Source of the DNA: Deltaproteobacteria bacterium
GTDB taxonomy: Bacteria; Desulfobacterota; Desulfomonilia; UBA1062
Direction of reading: 5' to 3'
NCBI GenBank assembly: GCA_018434685.1
Contig: JAHDOV010000012.1
Location: forward strand, 1,590-65,589
Length of the DNA stretch: 64,000 bases
A program made the position numbers and the translations under genes. The stretch's first letter is position 1. Each line of letters begins with the position of its first letter. The notes below the pieces were generated by a model. That model was not told the origin of the DNA, searched no databases, and saw only the letters and a program-made list of their open reading frames with translations. Positions 19,149-29,798 of this stretch are shown here, piece by piece.

Positions 19149-19487
19149 ATGAAAAGAGAACATGACCCGATAGAGGACCGGAGACGGACTCCCCGGAAAA
19201 AGATCGTCATTAATGTTCAACTCAAGGTGGGGATCCATCTCAAAGGAATCGGCTACACCAGTGATATCAGCGAGCATGGCATCCTGGTAAAGACCCCTGA
19301 AATATTCAGCTTCTTCAGACCCGAACTGGCGCACGTCTTCGAGGATGCCGACCTGGACATCTATTTCCCCAACGAAGATGTCGCGATCCAGGGCAAGGTG
19401 ACCAGGATCGATGCCGTCAAAGAGGAACTGGCCATCAGAATAATCGGGAAATCGAGCGAACTGAAGTGGAAAGAGATCTGCGGGTGA
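19149..19487 (+). CDS. PilZ-domain protein (c-di-GMP receptor)
   Basis: It has RRRTPRKK followed by DISEHGILV, which are RxxxR and DxSxxG-like PilZ motifs. Confidence 0.7.
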   Translation: MKREHDPIEDRRRTPRKKIVINVQLKVGIHLKGIGYTSDISEHGILVKTPEIFSFFRPELAHVFEDADLDIYFPNEDVAIQGKVTRIDAVKEELAIRIIGKSSELKWKEICG

Positions 19488-19799
19488 TGCGTCACCCGGC
19501 CGAGCCCAAAGCACGACCCTGAAATCCCCTCCTTCCCGAAGGCGCTCTACCGCGCCTCATGAACAGCCCCACACATCTTGAAAACCAGTTCAAGAATCCC
19601 AAGCGCCCGGTTTACCCCAAATCCTGCACCTCAAAAAATAGCCACCGCTCAGACAGCACCACTTGATCTCGATCTGCAGGAGCAATTTCAAACTCGACAA
19701 AGGTTTTATGTGTTCCTCAAGCCCGGTCGCAGCTGCAGACCGTTCATGCCCGGGTACCACCCTGCGAGACACACAATCCAGGGTTGATGCGGAAATACA

Positions 19800-19852
19800 C
19801 TGCCCGGTGAAAGGGGGCATTCAGGGTGACTCCTTGCACCGGGCAGTTTTTT
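19800..19852 (+). terminator. Intrinsic terminator / attenuator hairpin 70 nt upstream of the first paralog gene
   Basis: The pair ctgcccggtg ... caccgggcag forms a perfect 10-bp stem with a 27-nt loop and is followed by a T6 run. Confidence 0.5.
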
Positions 19853-19919
19853 GCTTATTATTTGTTATGAGAGGAGTTTCAGTACAAGTTTGAATGAAAA
19901 CCATGTTCCGAAGGGAGGG

Positions 19920-20372
19920 ATGATGATTTCTTCAAAACTGGTTGAACTGATCGAGAACAATGCAGACGAATTGGCCAGAAGGTTGTGCAAGGATCTGCTC
20001 AGCAGAGAGGAGACCAAGGGCTACCGAACTCTTTCCGAGGATCTGGTCTACAAACGCGTGCACGATGTTTACAGCAATCTCGGCGCGTGGCTCGGAAAGG
20101 ACAAGTACACCTCGGGAGAGATCAGGAAAGTCTATACCGAACTCGGGAAGAAGCGCTACCGCGAAGGGATCCCTCTCCACGAGGTGATCCTGGCATTCAT
20201 GCTCATCAAGAGACACCTCTGGCTCTATGTGCGGGAGAAGCAGTTCTTTGATTCCGCCTACGAGCTCTACCAGGCACTCGAACTGAACAACAACGTCGTC
20301 CTGTTCTTCGACCGGGTGATCTACTTCGTGTCCATAGGGTATGAGGAGGAACTCCGCAAAGACAAGGGATAA
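19920..20372 (+). CDS. Hypothetical ~150-aa protein, paralog A of a tandem pair
   Basis: An ATG follows an aagggaggg RBS. About 45% identical to the next gene, sharing GIPLxEVxxxFMLIKRHLWL and LELNNxVVxFFDRxIY. Confidence 0.6.
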   Translation: MMISSKLVELIENNADELARRLCKDLLSREETKGYRTLSEDLVYKRVHDVYSNLGAWLGKDKYTSGEIRKVYTELGKKRYREGIPLHEVILAFMLIKRHLWLYVREKQFFDSAYELYQALELNNNVVLFFDRVIYFVSIGYEEELRKDKG

Positions 20373-20469
20373 GGCAGGCCTCTGACGGCCTTGTCACGGT
20401 CGCGACGGTTCGCGCGATGCACCACGATTCCTCACCTGTCGTCTTATCCCCTTGAACTCTGGAGGGCAT

Positions 20470-20922
20470 ATGATCGCACAGAAACTGATCGGGATAATCG
20501 AGCGCAGCGGCGAGGAACTGACGCAGCGTCTCATGAAAGATCTCCTGGTGCGGGACGAGACCAGACATCTGCGCGATCTCCGGCAGAACAGGGTGTATGC
20601 GCAGGTATACGACGTCTACAGCATGCTGATTTCCTGGCTGAGCGGAGAAAAGACAAAGGGAAAGATCATAGAGCACTACATCGAGCTCGGCAGGCAGAGG
20701 TATAACGAGGGTATTCCGCTCTCTGAAGTGCTCATGGTCTTCATGCTCATAAAGAGGCATCTCTGGCTGTTCGCCATAGAGAAGAAGGTCATCGATCCGT
20801 CATACGAGCTCCAGCAGGTCCTTGAGCTGAACAATCGCGTCGTATTCTTTTTCGACCGGATCATCTACTGCACAGCCGTCGGATATGAGCGGGAACAGAA
20901 GGAAGACTCCCATGGATTATAA
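20470..20922 (+). CDS. Hypothetical ~150-aa protein, paralog B of the tandem pair
   Basis: It follows a ggaggg RBS and is collinear with paralog A over its whole length. Confidence 0.6.
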   Translation: MIAQKLIGIIERSGEELTQRLMKDLLVRDETRHLRDLRQNRVYAQVYDVYSMLISWLSGEKTKGKIIEHYIELGRQRYNEGIPLSEVLMVFMLIKRHLWLFAIEKKVIDPSYELQQVLELNNRVVFFFDRIIYCTAVGYEREQKEDSHGL

Positions 20923-21106
20923 CGCGGAGCACCTCCGGAAGCGCCCATGCCGGCGCGGCCATGAACAGTACGGACGGGCAGATCGCTGCCCGTCACCGGC
21001 ACACCAGCGAGGGGGTCTCACCGAAGAATCACGAATACACCGGGCATAGAAACCAGCCACGGGTTGAGCCCTGGCAGGCACATCCGAGAATCGGGGGAGG
21101 ACATGC

Positions 21107-21415
21107 ATGGAGAATGTGATCACCCGGATCGTGGAGGTGGAAAAACAGTGCGCCCAGGAGGTTGACACGGCCGAGCGGGAGTCCAGGATGACGATCGAGG
21201 CGCACAGGGAAACCCTCGAGGAAAAGAAGGCCCGTGAATTCGCCCTGATCGACAAAGCCGGCCATGAGAGACTCTCGAGCGCACTGGAGGAGGCGAAACG
21301 GTCATCGGAGGCCGAAACCCGTGCCGTCTCCGGCGAATATGGACGTCTCTACCAGGACCCCGAACTCACCGAGACCATACAGAAGAAGGTGCTCTCCCTT
21401 CTTCTTGCGAGTTGA
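21107..21415 (+). CDS. V/A-type ATPase small coiled-coil stator subunit (H/G-like)
   Basis: A 102-aa charged helical protein occupying the first position of the V-ATPase operon. Confidence 0.55.
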   Translation: MENVITRIVEVEKQCAQEVDTAERESRMTIEAHRETLEEKKAREFALIDKAGHERLSSALEEAKRSSEAETRAVSGEYGRLYQDPELTETIQKKVLSLLLAS

Positions 21416-21421
21416 GGTGTC

Positions 21422-22372
21422 ATGAGATACTACGCGGATGAAGTCAACCTCCATGCCAGGATATATGCCATGCGGAGCCGTCTCCTCATGCTCAGGGACT
21501 ACACCGCGATCGTCAGGGACAACAATGCCTTTTCCGAAACCATAACCGGCGCAGATGAATACGCCCGGGCCAGGGAAACTGTCTTCACCGAACAGATCCA
21601 GGCCGTGATCCGCCTCGCCGAGGCAACACAGACCTATGCCCCGCTCTTTCTCGCCTTCCTCCGTCAGTACGAGGCCAACAACCTCAAGCTCCTCCTGGCC
21701 AGGGCATTCGGCAGGCAGTGCCTGGAACAGTGGTACGATATCGGTCACTACGCCACCCTCGACAGGGGGCTGCTCAAGAAAGAACCCGCCCTGGAGGAGA
21801 TCAGGTCCATGCTGGCCGGCACATACCTGGACGGCCTTCTCGACGATACTGCGAGCTACGAACGCCTCGAGATGCGTATCGACATCCGTGCGGCCAAAAA
21901 CCTGCATGCCTCTTCGGCTCCCTTCCTGCCCAGGTCACGCAACGACTTCCAGGAGATCATGCTCAGGCGGGTCGCGGTCCTCGCCGTGATCTGGCAGCGG
22001 AGGCTCAAGGAGAACTACCACTGGGATGACGAGCAGATACAGTCTCACCTTGAACGTCTCCCTGAGCTCTTCGACGGCTCCCCTGCGCCACAGGTGAAGA
22101 TCGTTCAGGAGGCAATGAACCGGCGTCTTGAACTGGAGAGGAAGAGCGGCGGACCATCGCCGGGCGCAGTGGATGTCGAGTACTATCTCGAGCAGTATTT
22201 CTACCGGTGGGTCTGTTCCATATTCCACAAGGATTTTCACTCGGTATACTGCGTGGTCGCCTATCTGTGGCTGCTGTTCTACCAGATAAAGAACCTGCTG
22301 CGCATCATCGACGGCAGGCACCTGGGCCTGTCGCCTGAAGCGATATTCGAAAGGATCGTATGTGAAGTGTGA
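21422..22372 (+). CDS. atpC: V/A-type ATPase subunit C (d)
   Basis: It is 316 aa and sits in the operon between the H-like and I subunits. Confidence 0.65.
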   Translation: MRYYADEVNLHARIYAMRSRLLMLRDYTAIVRDNNAFSETITGADEYARARETVFTEQIQAVIRLAEATQTYAPLFLAFLRQYEANNLKLLLARAFGRQCLEQWYDIGHYATLDRGLLKKEPALEEIRSMLAGTYLDGLLDDTASYERLEMRIDIRAAKNLHASSAPFLPRSRNDFQEIMLRRVAVLAVIWQRRLKENYHWDDEQIQSHLERLPELFDGSPAPQVKIVQEAMNRRLELERKSGGPSPGAVDVEYYLEQYFYRWVCSIFHKDFHSVYCVVAYLWLLFYQIKNLLRIIDGRHLGLSPEAIFERIVCEV

Positions 22373-22380
22373 GGCCTGCC

Positions 22381-24291
22381 ATGTTTGTGAAGTCGGATAT
22401 CAGGAGAGTCTCTGTCGTTGTTGAGAAGATCTACTACCGGGAGGTCTGCATCGCACTGGGAAGACAAGGGTTCATCCAGCTCTCCGGTTCACCGGACAGT
22501 ACGCCTGATACCTCCACGGTCACCGGGCTCAGGGACGAGGAGACACGGATCAGGGGACTCCTCTCAGGAATCGAATACATCCTCCATGCCTTCGGCATCG
22601 AACCCGGCAGCGCTGCCATACCCGAGAGGGTGCGCGACACCCCCCAGGACGAGGCCTTCGTCTCGGGGACAAAAAACACCATCGACCGTGCAGAGCGTAT
22701 CCGCTCAAAGATTCAGGAGGAATCGGCGGCCATCCGGGAGCATATATCCTGCCTCGAGATCGTGCATGAGATGGGCATCGATCCCGGTTCGATCAGGACG
22801 GCACGCCTGGTAAAGATGATCTTCGGGACCGTGGAAAACCTCGACTGGCAGGTACCGGCTCACGAGGGCTTCATGGTGGCCGGGGCGGGCAGGCATGTCA
22901 TAGGCGCGGCCCTTCCTCCGGATTTCGAAGCGATGACGAGGTTTCTCAAGGCATACGGCTTCACCGACAGGTCGGGGGACCTGGTCGAGGCATCCCCTGA
23001 AACCCTTGCACACCGTCTGGACACGCTCCGGCACCGGCAAGAGATCCTCGAGTCCTGCCTGGACCGCCTGAAGGATGACGCGGGGCAGGTCCTGCAAGAG
23101 CTGCACGGCTTCTACAGCGGCTACGAAGAGATCCTCCATGCCCTGAGGCTGTCGGCATTCTCATCCCGGGCCATGTTCCTGTCCGGATGGATAGACCTGG
23201 CCGACAAGCAGCGGCTCCTGAGCATCCTCAGGGAAATCTGCGCCGACAGGTTCATCGCCGTCGTCTCCGAGAAGAGAGAACCCGAGGCCCCGGTCCGCCT
23301 CATGAACCGGAAGCTGCTGAGGCCCTTCGAGCTCCTTGTGAAGACCATGGGCATGCCGGCCAACAGCGAGATAGACCCTACCCCGCTCACGGCACTCACC
23401 TTTGTTCTCATGTTCGGCCTCATGTTCGGCGACCTCGGCCAGGGGCTCGTCCTGGCCCTGATCGGCCTCGTGCTCGAGCGGATCGCGCACAACAGGGGTG
23501 CGTCATCCCAGGGCCTCGGACAGATCGGGAAGATCCTGATCGCCTGCGGCATCTCGGCAGCCCTGTGCGGCCTTCTCTACGGCAGCGTCTTCTCGAGCGA
23601 GCAGATCATACCTGCCCTCTGGTTCCACCCCATCGAGCACATCATGAGCCTGTTTGCCGCAACCATCCTGATCGGGGCACTGTTCATCGCCATCGGTCTT
23701 TGCGTCAACATCATCAACAGCCTCATGAACTCGCATTATACCGAGGCCTTCTTTGAAAAGAGGGGGCTCGTCGTACTCGTGCTCTATGCGGCAATCGTGC
23801 TCGGTGTCATACGGTATACTAGAACAGGAGAAGGACCTGCGCCGTGGGAGGCAGGCGTATTCATTGCCGTGCCCCTGCTCCTCTTTTCCTTGAGGGGTGT
23901 GCTCGGGCCGGCCCTGTTTTCGGAACCCGCACCGCAGAGCATAACCGAATACTGTATCGAGACGTGCGTGGAGATCCTGGAGACAGGGTTGAGCATGCTT
24001 TCAAACACCATCTCGTTCATCAGGGTGGGGGCCTTTGCGCTGTCTCACGCAGGATTGAGCATCGTGACCTACACCCTGGCCGGCATCGCCGACCCAGCGA
24101 TGCGCTCTCCGGGCGCCATCGCCATCATTATTGGCGGCAACATCTTCATTATCGGCTTCGAGGGCCTTGTCTGCTCGATCCAGTCCATGAGGCTCGAGTA
24201 CTACGAGTTCTTCAGCAAGTTCTTCAGGGGAGACGGGGTTGCCTTTACCCCTTTCATACTCAAGGGAAAAAGCGTTGGAGGTGCTCTATGA
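22381..24291 (+). CDS. atpI: V/A-type ATPase subunit I (a)
   Basis: A hydrophilic N-terminal half is followed by a multi-TM C-terminal half. A GTG at 22369, overlapping the upstream stop, is an alternative start. Confidence 0.8.
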   Translation: MFVKSDIRRVSVVVEKIYYREVCIALGRQGFIQLSGSPDSTPDTSTVTGLRDEETRIRGLLSGIEYILHAFGIEPGSAAIPERVRDTPQDEAFVSGTKNTIDRAERIRSKIQEESAAIREHISCLEIVHEMGIDPGSIRTARLVKMIFGTVENLDWQVPAHEGFMVAGAGRHVIGAALPPDFEAMTRFLKAYGFTDRSGDLVEASPETLAHRLDTLRHRQEILESCLDRLKDDAGQVLQELHGFYSGYEEILHALRLSAFSSRAMFLSGWIDLADKQRLLSILREICADRFIAVVSEKREPEAPVRLMNRKLLRPFELLVKTMGMPANSEIDPTPLTALTFVLMFGLMFGDLGQGLVLALIGLVLERIAHNRGASSQGLGQIGKILIACGISAALCGLLYGSVFSSEQIIPALWFHPIEHIMSLFAATILIGALFIAIGLCVNIINSLMNSHYTEAFFEKRGLVVLVLYAAIVLGVIRYTRTGEGPAPWEAGVFIAVPLLLFSLRGVLGPALFSEPAPQSITEYCIETCVEILETGLSMLSNTISFIRVGAFALSHAGLSIVTYTLAGIADPAMRSPGAIAIIIGGNIFIIGFEGLVCSIQSMRLEYYEFFSKFFRGDGVAFTPFILKGKSVGGAL

Positions 24292-24638
24292 CCAGGGATA
24301 ATCAGTCTTGGGCTCTTGCGGGTGTTCTCCTGCTCGCAGCAGTGATGTGCCTTTTTCCGGACGTGCTGCCTGCGGCGGCTCAGCAGGAGTCCCTCGGGAC
24401 AACCGCGAACAATCCGGGCAACAACTGGCTCGATATGGGATACATCGCTGCGGCCCTGGCCGTGGGACTAGCCTGTATCGCCAGTGCCTTCGCCGTTGCC
24501 CGTATCGGTTCGGCAGGCATTGGCGCCATGAGCGAGAAGCCGGAGCTCACGGGACGGGTCCTCATCTTCCTCGGCCTGGCCGAAGGGATCGCCATCTACG
24601 GCCTGATCATCGCGATCATGATCCTCAACAAGCTGTAG
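24288..24638 (+). CDS. atpK: V/A-type ATPase proteolipid subunit K (c)
   Basis: It has hydrophobic helices with the ion-binding Glu in GLAEGIAIYGL and overlaps the atpI stop (ATGA). Confidence 0.7.
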   Translation: MTRDNQSWALAGVLLLAAVMCLFPDVLPAAAQQESLGTTANNPGNNWLDMGYIAAALAVGLACIASAFAVARIGSAGIGAMSEKPELTGRVLIFLGLAEGIAIYGLIIAIMILNKL

Positions 24639-24640
24639 GC

Positions 24641-24946
24641 ATGAAGAAGATCTACATCATAGGCGACCTGCATACGGTGAGCGCCTGGCGTCTCGCCGGG
24701 GTGGAGGGCGTGGTCTCGGGCAAAAACAGGGCTCACTCCGACCTCGAAGAGACCATCGGCAAGGAGGATGCAGGTATCGTGATCATCACCAACGGGCTCG
24801 CCGAAGATCTCCGGGCGAGGATAACCGAGATAAACACGGGCAGCTCGAGCCCGGTAGTCATCGAGATACCGGGCATCGACGATCCGCACGGGTTTGGCAG
24901 ATCGGCCGTGGGCTACATAGCAGAGGCCCTCGGCATCGCCCTGTGA
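24641..24946 (+). CDS. atpF: V/A-type ATPase subunit F
   Basis: The translation begins MKKIYIIGDLHTVSAWRLAGVEGV. Confidence 0.8.
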   Translation: MKKIYIIGDLHTVSAWRLAGVEGVVSGKNRAHSDLEETIGKEDAGIVIITNGLAEDLRARITEINTGSSSPVVIEIPGIDDPHGFGRSAVGYIAEALGIAL

Positions 24947-24961
24947 GGAGAGGGACCGGTC

Positions 24962-25564
24962 ATGGAAACAACGCCACTGGAAACCTCCATCAGGGAAGAG
25001 TCCGAGCGCACGATACGGGCCATCAGGGAACACGAGGCCGCCGAGATCAGGCAACTCGACGAGGCCTGCACGCTCGAGATCGAAGGTTACCGGGGCAGAA
25101 CCGGGGACGAAATACAGGCGAGGATCGATCAGGAACTGAAAAGAATCGCCAGCAGGGGCATCCTCGAGCGCAGGAAGCTCATGCTGCGCACCATCGAGGA
25201 GTTCATCACCCGCACGGTGGAAAAGGCAGTGGAGGGCATGAGGTCGGATCCGCTCTACAAAGAGTTTCTCCTGCAGAGCATATGTGCTGCCACACTCGAG
25301 ATCCAGTCCGGGGCGGAGGTGCATCTCAAGGAGCAGGACCGGATCTTTGATGACGAGATCATGGCTGCCCTTAAGGACGCAGGCGTCCACAGGGATATCG
25401 TCATCAGGGATGACAGCACGATACAATGGGGCGGCTGCCTCGTCAGAGACGAAGCAGGGGGACGTATCTTCAACGGCACCATCGAGAGAATCTACTACCG
25501 AAAATCAGCGATGATACGCCGGGAGGTCCTGAGAATCCTCAAAGACAAGGGGTTCACTCTCTAG
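24962..25564 (+). CDS. atpE: V/A-type ATPase subunit E
   Basis: A 200-aa helical, charged protein in the operon's E position. Confidence 0.75.
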   Translation: METTPLETSIREESERTIRAIREHEAAEIRQLDEACTLEIEGYRGRTGDEIQARIDQELKRIASRGILERRKLMLRTIEEFITRTVEKAVEGMRSDPLYKEFLLQSICAATLEIQSGAEVHLKEQDRIFDDEIMAALKDAGVHRDIVIRDDSTIQWGGCLVRDEAGGRIFNGTIERIYYRKSAMIRREVLRILKDKGFTL

Positions 25565-25575
25565 AGAACAGGGGG

Positions 25576-27354
25576 ATGCAGGTGGAAGACATGGTGACGG
25601 GAAAGGTGATCTCTGTCAACGGCCCGATCGTGAAGGCGTCGGGGCTGGCGAGAATAAAGATGTTCGACATCGCCGAGGTTGGCCCCCACAGGCTCATCGG
25701 GGAGGTCATCCGCCTTGCCGGGGGCGTGACCGTCATCCAGGTGTACGAGGACAACACCGGCCTGAAGCCGGGCGACGAGGTGGTTTCCTCGTGCAGGCCG
25801 CTGTCGGTCCTGCTGGGTCCGGGGCTCATCGCGAACATATACGACGGCATACAGCGCCCGCTCGTGGGTATCTCCGAGGTATGCGGCAGCTATATAGAAA
25901 AGGGGATCAAGCTGCCCGCGCTCGACATGGAGAAGCGCTGGGCATTCAGTCCGCTCGTAACGGCCGGGGCCGCACTGAGAGGGGGTTGCGTGCTGGGAGA
26001 GATCCGGGAGAGTCCCCTGGTCGTGCACCGGGTCCTCCTGCCTCCCGGGGTATCCGGCACGCTCACGGGCATTGCCGCCGCCGGAGAGTACACCATTGAC
26101 GAAGAGATCTACACCCTCGATACCGCTACGGGCACCTACACGGGGAAACTCGCCGGGTACTGGCCGGTGAGGAGCCCGCGGCCGTTCAGGCTCAAGAAGA
26201 AACCCTTCATCCCGCTCATGACCGGTCAGCGGGTCATCGACACGTTTTTCCCCATAGCCAGGGGCGGTACCGCAGCAATACCCGGGGGGTTCGGAACGGG
26301 CAAGACCATGACCCAGCATGCCCTGGCCAAGTGGTGCAACGCGGACATCATCGTGTACATCGGCTGCGGCGAACGGGGCAACGAGATGACCGATGTCCTC
26401 ACTGAATTCCCGAATCTCATCGATGAACGAAACGGAAGGCCGCTCATCGAACGGACGGTCATGATCGCGAACACCTCGAACATGCCGGTGCCTGCCAGGG
26501 AGGTAAGCATCTACACCGGGGTGACCATCGCTGAATTCTATCGCGACATGGGTTACAGCGTCGCGGTGATGGCCGACTCCACCTCGCGGTGGGCCGAGGC
26601 CCTCAGGGAGCTCTCCAGCAGGCTCGGAGACATGCCTGCGGAGGAGGGATTCCCACCCTACCTGGCAACCCGCCTCGCCGAGTTCTACGAGCGGGCCGGC
26701 CTGGTGGAAACACTCTCGGGCCATGACGGCGACATCACCATCATCGGTGCGGTCTCCCCCCCGGGCGGCGACTTCTCGGAGCCGGTCACCCAGCACACGT
26801 CACGATTCGTGAGGTGCTTCTGGGCGCTCGACAAGATCCTGGCCGATGCCCGGCACTATCCCTCGATCAGCTGGACCGACAGCTACACCGAATACCTCCA
26901 CGACATCGAGGCCTGGTGGAGAACCCTCGACAGCCAGTGGCTTTCACTCAGGAACGAGGTGATGAACATCCTGCTTGACGACCACAGGCTCCAGCAGCTG
27001 GTAAAGCTCGTGGGCACCGATGCCCTGCCGCAGACCCAGCAGTTTGTCCTCTTTGCAGCCGAGATGATCAAGAACGCCTTCCTCCAGCAGAATTCCTTCG
27101 ATCCCATTGACAAATACTGCAGCCCGGAGAAGCAGCTCAAGCTCCTCAAGACGTTCCTGACCCTCTACCGAAAGGGTTCGCAGCTCGTGCATGCAGGCGT
27201 TTCTCTAAAGGAGATCAAGGCCCTCGATGTGATGTCCGAACTGGTGAGGCTCAAATCCGAGGTCCCGAACCAGGACACCGCCAGGATCGATGAGTATGGA
27301 AAGAGGCTTGCGACAGAGCTCGATTCTCTCAAAGAGCTCTTGACAGGGGTATAG
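25576..27354 (+). CDS. atpA: V/A-type ATPase catalytic subunit A
   Basis: It carries the Walker A loop GGFGTGKT and overall A-subunit architecture. Confidence 0.9.
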   Translation: MQVEDMVTGKVISVNGPIVKASGLARIKMFDIAEVGPHRLIGEVIRLAGGVTVIQVYEDNTGLKPGDEVVSSCRPLSVLLGPGLIANIYDGIQRPLVGISEVCGSYIEKGIKLPALDMEKRWAFSPLVTAGAALRGGCVLGEIRESPLVVHRVLLPPGVSGTLTGIAAAGEYTIDEEIYTLDTATGTYTGKLAGYWPVRSPRPFRLKKKPFIPLMTGQRVIDTFFPIARGGTAAIPGGFGTGKTMTQHALAKWCNADIIVYIGCGERGNEMTDVLTEFPNLIDERNGRPLIERTVMIANTSNMPVPAREVSIYTGVTIAEFYRDMGYSVAVMADSTSRWAEALRELSSRLGDMPAEEGFPPYLATRLAEFYERAGLVETLSGHDGDITIIGAVSPPGGDFSEPVTQHTSRFVRCFWALDKILADARHYPSISWTDSYTEYLHDIEAWWRTLDSQWLSLRNEVMNILLDDHRLQQLVKLVGTDALPQTQQFVLFAAEMIKNAFLQQNSFDPIDKYCSPEKQLKLLKTFLTLYRKGSQLVHAGVSLKEIKALDVMSELVRLKSEVPNQDTARIDEYGKRLATELDSLKELLTGV

Positions 27355-27356
27355 CC

Positions 27357-28760
27357 ATGGCAGTCGAGATAGAGTACACATGCCTTTCCGAGATCTCCGG
27401 ACCGCTCATCTTCGTCAGGGGAGTCAGGGGTGTCGGGTTCGGGGAGATCGTGGAGATCCGCGACGGATCATCCGCCGTACGGACAGGGCAGACGCTCGAG
27501 GTCGACGAAGACAGCGCCGTGGTGCAGGTCTTCGAAGGAACGAGCGGGCTCTCGGTGGAGGGCATGCGGGTGACCTTCGTGGGAAGGCCGCTCGAGATCC
27601 CAGTGGACCGCGACATGCTCGGACGGGTCTTCGACGGCCTGGGAAGGCCCATCGATGGCGCCCCCCAGGTGATCACGGACAACCTGAAGGACATCAACGG
27701 CCTGCCGGTGAATCCCTGGAGCAGGGAATACCCGAGGGACTTCATACAGACCGGGATTTCGGCCATCGACGGCATGAACACCCTCATCCGCGGGCAGAAG
27801 CTCCCCATATTCTCGGCCAGCGGCATGCCGCACAACCTGATCGCCGCACAGATCGCCAGGCAGGCCATGATCCTGAGCGCAAAGGAAGAGTTCACCGTCA
27901 TCTTTGCAGCCATGGGGGTGAAGTTCGACATGGCCCGGTTTTTCATCGACTCGCTCGAGGAATCGGGCGTGCTCACGCACTCGGCCATATTCCTGAGCCT
28001 GGCAGATGCCCCGTCCATCGAGCGGCTCATCACGCCACGCGTGGCGCTCACGCTCGCCGAGCACCTCGCCTTTGACGAGGGCATGCATGTGCTCGTGATC
28101 CTCACCGACATGACGAACTACTGCGAGTCGCTCCGGGAGCTCTCCAGCTCGAGAGGGGAGATCCCTTCCCGGAAGGGCTACCCCGGCTACCTCTACAGCG
28201 ACCTCGCTTCCATCTACGAGCGGGCAGGCAGATTGAAGGGTCACCGCGGCTCTATCACCCAGATGCCCATACTCACCATGCCGAGCGACGACATCTCACA
28301 CCCGGTCCCGGACCTCACCGGCTACATAACCGAGGGACAGATTGTGCTGGAGAGAGAGCTCTTCAACAAGGGCATCTACCCTCCCATTGCCGGCCTGCCC
28401 TCGCTGTCGCGGCTCATGAAGGACGGCATCGGCGAGGGGCATACCCGCAAAGACCATGCCGAGGTAGCGGCCCAGCTCTTTGCCTCCTATGCCAAGGTCA
28501 AACGCATCCGCGCCCTCGAGGCCATCGTGGGAGAAGAGGAGCTTTCCTCTCTCGACAGGGTATACCTGAAGTTCGGAACAGCGTTCGAGGAGGAGTTCCT
28601 GAGCCAGGGGCCCGAGGAGAACCGGTCCATCGAGCAGACGCTCGACCTTGGATGGCGCATGCTCTCCCTGCTTCCCCAGGAAGAGCTCTATCGCATCTGT
28701 GCAGAAGACCTGCACAAGTTCTACATTCCTTCCAAGGAGCGGGGAGAATGCCAAAGATAG
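27357..28760 (+). CDS. atpB: V/A-type ATPase subunit B
   Basis: A 467-aa non-catalytic nucleotide-binding subunit. Confidence 0.9.
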   Translation: MAVEIEYTCLSEISGPLIFVRGVRGVGFGEIVEIRDGSSAVRTGQTLEVDEDSAVVQVFEGTSGLSVEGMRVTFVGRPLEIPVDRDMLGRVFDGLGRPIDGAPQVITDNLKDINGLPVNPWSREYPRDFIQTGISAIDGMNTLIRGQKLPIFSASGMPHNLIAAQIARQAMILSAKEEFTVIFAAMGVKFDMARFFIDSLEESGVLTHSAIFLSLADAPSIERLITPRVALTLAEHLAFDEGMHVLVILTDMTNYCESLRELSSSRGEIPSRKGYPGYLYSDLASIYERAGRLKGHRGSITQMPILTMPSDDISHPVPDLTGYITEGQIVLERELFNKGIYPPIAGLPSLSRLMKDGIGEGHTRKDHAEVAAQLFASYAKVKRIRALEAIVGEEELSSLDRVYLKFGTAFEEEFLSQGPEENRSIEQTLDLGWRMLSLLPQEELYRICAEDLHKFYIPSKERGECQR

Positions 28761-29368
28761 AGCTGCCGCCCACCAAATCATCTCTGAGAAGGCTCAAAGA
28801 TGAACTCTCCTTCGCGTACGAGGGCTACGACCTGCTCAACCAGAAACGGGAGATCCTCGCCATCGAGATCGTCAAACACATCAGCGAGATCAAGCACATC
28901 GAGGCCGAGCTGGGCACCGCCCTCCAGGAGCTCTATGCCGCGTACCGTTCAGCTGCCGTGGACATGGGTGCAGACACCATCACCAGCAAGACCAGCTCCG
29001 AGAAGCGGGGCTATTTCCTCCACGTGGAATCCACCAGGCTCATGGGCCTGGTGCTCCCCCGGTTCAGGCTCACCTTCAAACGGCCCCGGATCGCCTACCT
29101 TCATGATACGACCGCCTCCTACGACACGGCAAAGAGAAGAGCGCGAAAGGCGCTCGAGACCCTCGCCGAATATGCCACCATCACCAAGGCGATCATCATG
29201 CTCTCCAGGGAGCTCAAGAAGGTGCAGCGCCGGGTGAACGCGCTGGAGAAGATCTTCATCCCCCAGCACGAGGAGGCGAAGAAGTATATCGCAGACCGGC
29301 TCGAGGAGATGGAACGCGAAGAGGTCTTCGTGAAAAAGCTCATCCGGCAGCGCAAGTCAGGCAAGTAG
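28748..29368 (+). CDS. atpD: V/A-type ATPase subunit D
   Basis: The translation begins [30 protein letters not shown] and it overlaps the end of atpB. Confidence 0.85.
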   Translation: MPKIELPPTKSSLRRLKDELSFAYEGYDLLNQKREILAIEIVKHISEIKHIEAELGTALQELYAAYRSAAVDMGADTITSKTSSEKRGYFLHVESTRLMGLVLPRFRLTFKRPRIAYLHDTTASYDTAKRRARKALETLAEYATITKAIIMLSRELKKVQRRVNALEKIFIPQHEEAKKYIADRLEEMEREEVFVKKLIRQRKSGK

Positions 29369-29399
29369 GCCGACCGGGAAAATGCCGGGGGTGATGGCT

Positions 29400-29798
29400 G
29401 ATTCTGTCTGCCAAACAGGCATGGCCCGTCGGCCGCAACGAAGCATGAAACAGTGTCCGGTTTACTGAATATACCTGCCTGAATTTCTAGAGGGGTTTTA
29501 TTCTGTCTTCTGAATTCTGTCCGCGGCGGATGGATTCTGATTTCTGTCTTCTGTCTTCTGGCTTCTTTTCTCTGTCTCATCATCTTTTTCTAACAGTCTA
29601 AACGCCTACAGTCTAAAAGACTAAGACCTCAGTTTGTCTCCAGGCTTCTATCCTCATATAAACACTCAGCGCTACACAACTTTAACATTTCATTTAACAT
29701 ACTTTCACAGCAATCTGTGTCTCCATTTGTTACTACCCTGATCAGTCGACAGAATTGTTTTCTGTTCACAATCAAAGTCGAAAACAGGGAGAGTTGCC
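29400..29798 (+). promoter_or_regulatory. AT-rich ~400-nt non-coding leader with short direct repeats upstream of the radical SAM operon
   Basis: GC drops sharply here. Repeats are ttctgtcttctg (several copies) and cagtctaaa (twice). An agggagag RBS lies at its 3' end. Confidence 0.4.

Noticed and set aside
25561-26796. A 411-aa minus-strand ORF
   Set aside because: It is antisense to the V-ATPase A subunit. This is the classic shadow ORF of high-GC DNA.
27468-28244. A 258-aa minus-strand ORF, and a 231-aa plus-strand alternate-frame ORF at 27380..28075
   Set aside because: Both overlap the V-ATPase B subunit gene in other frames, and neither resembles any protein family.
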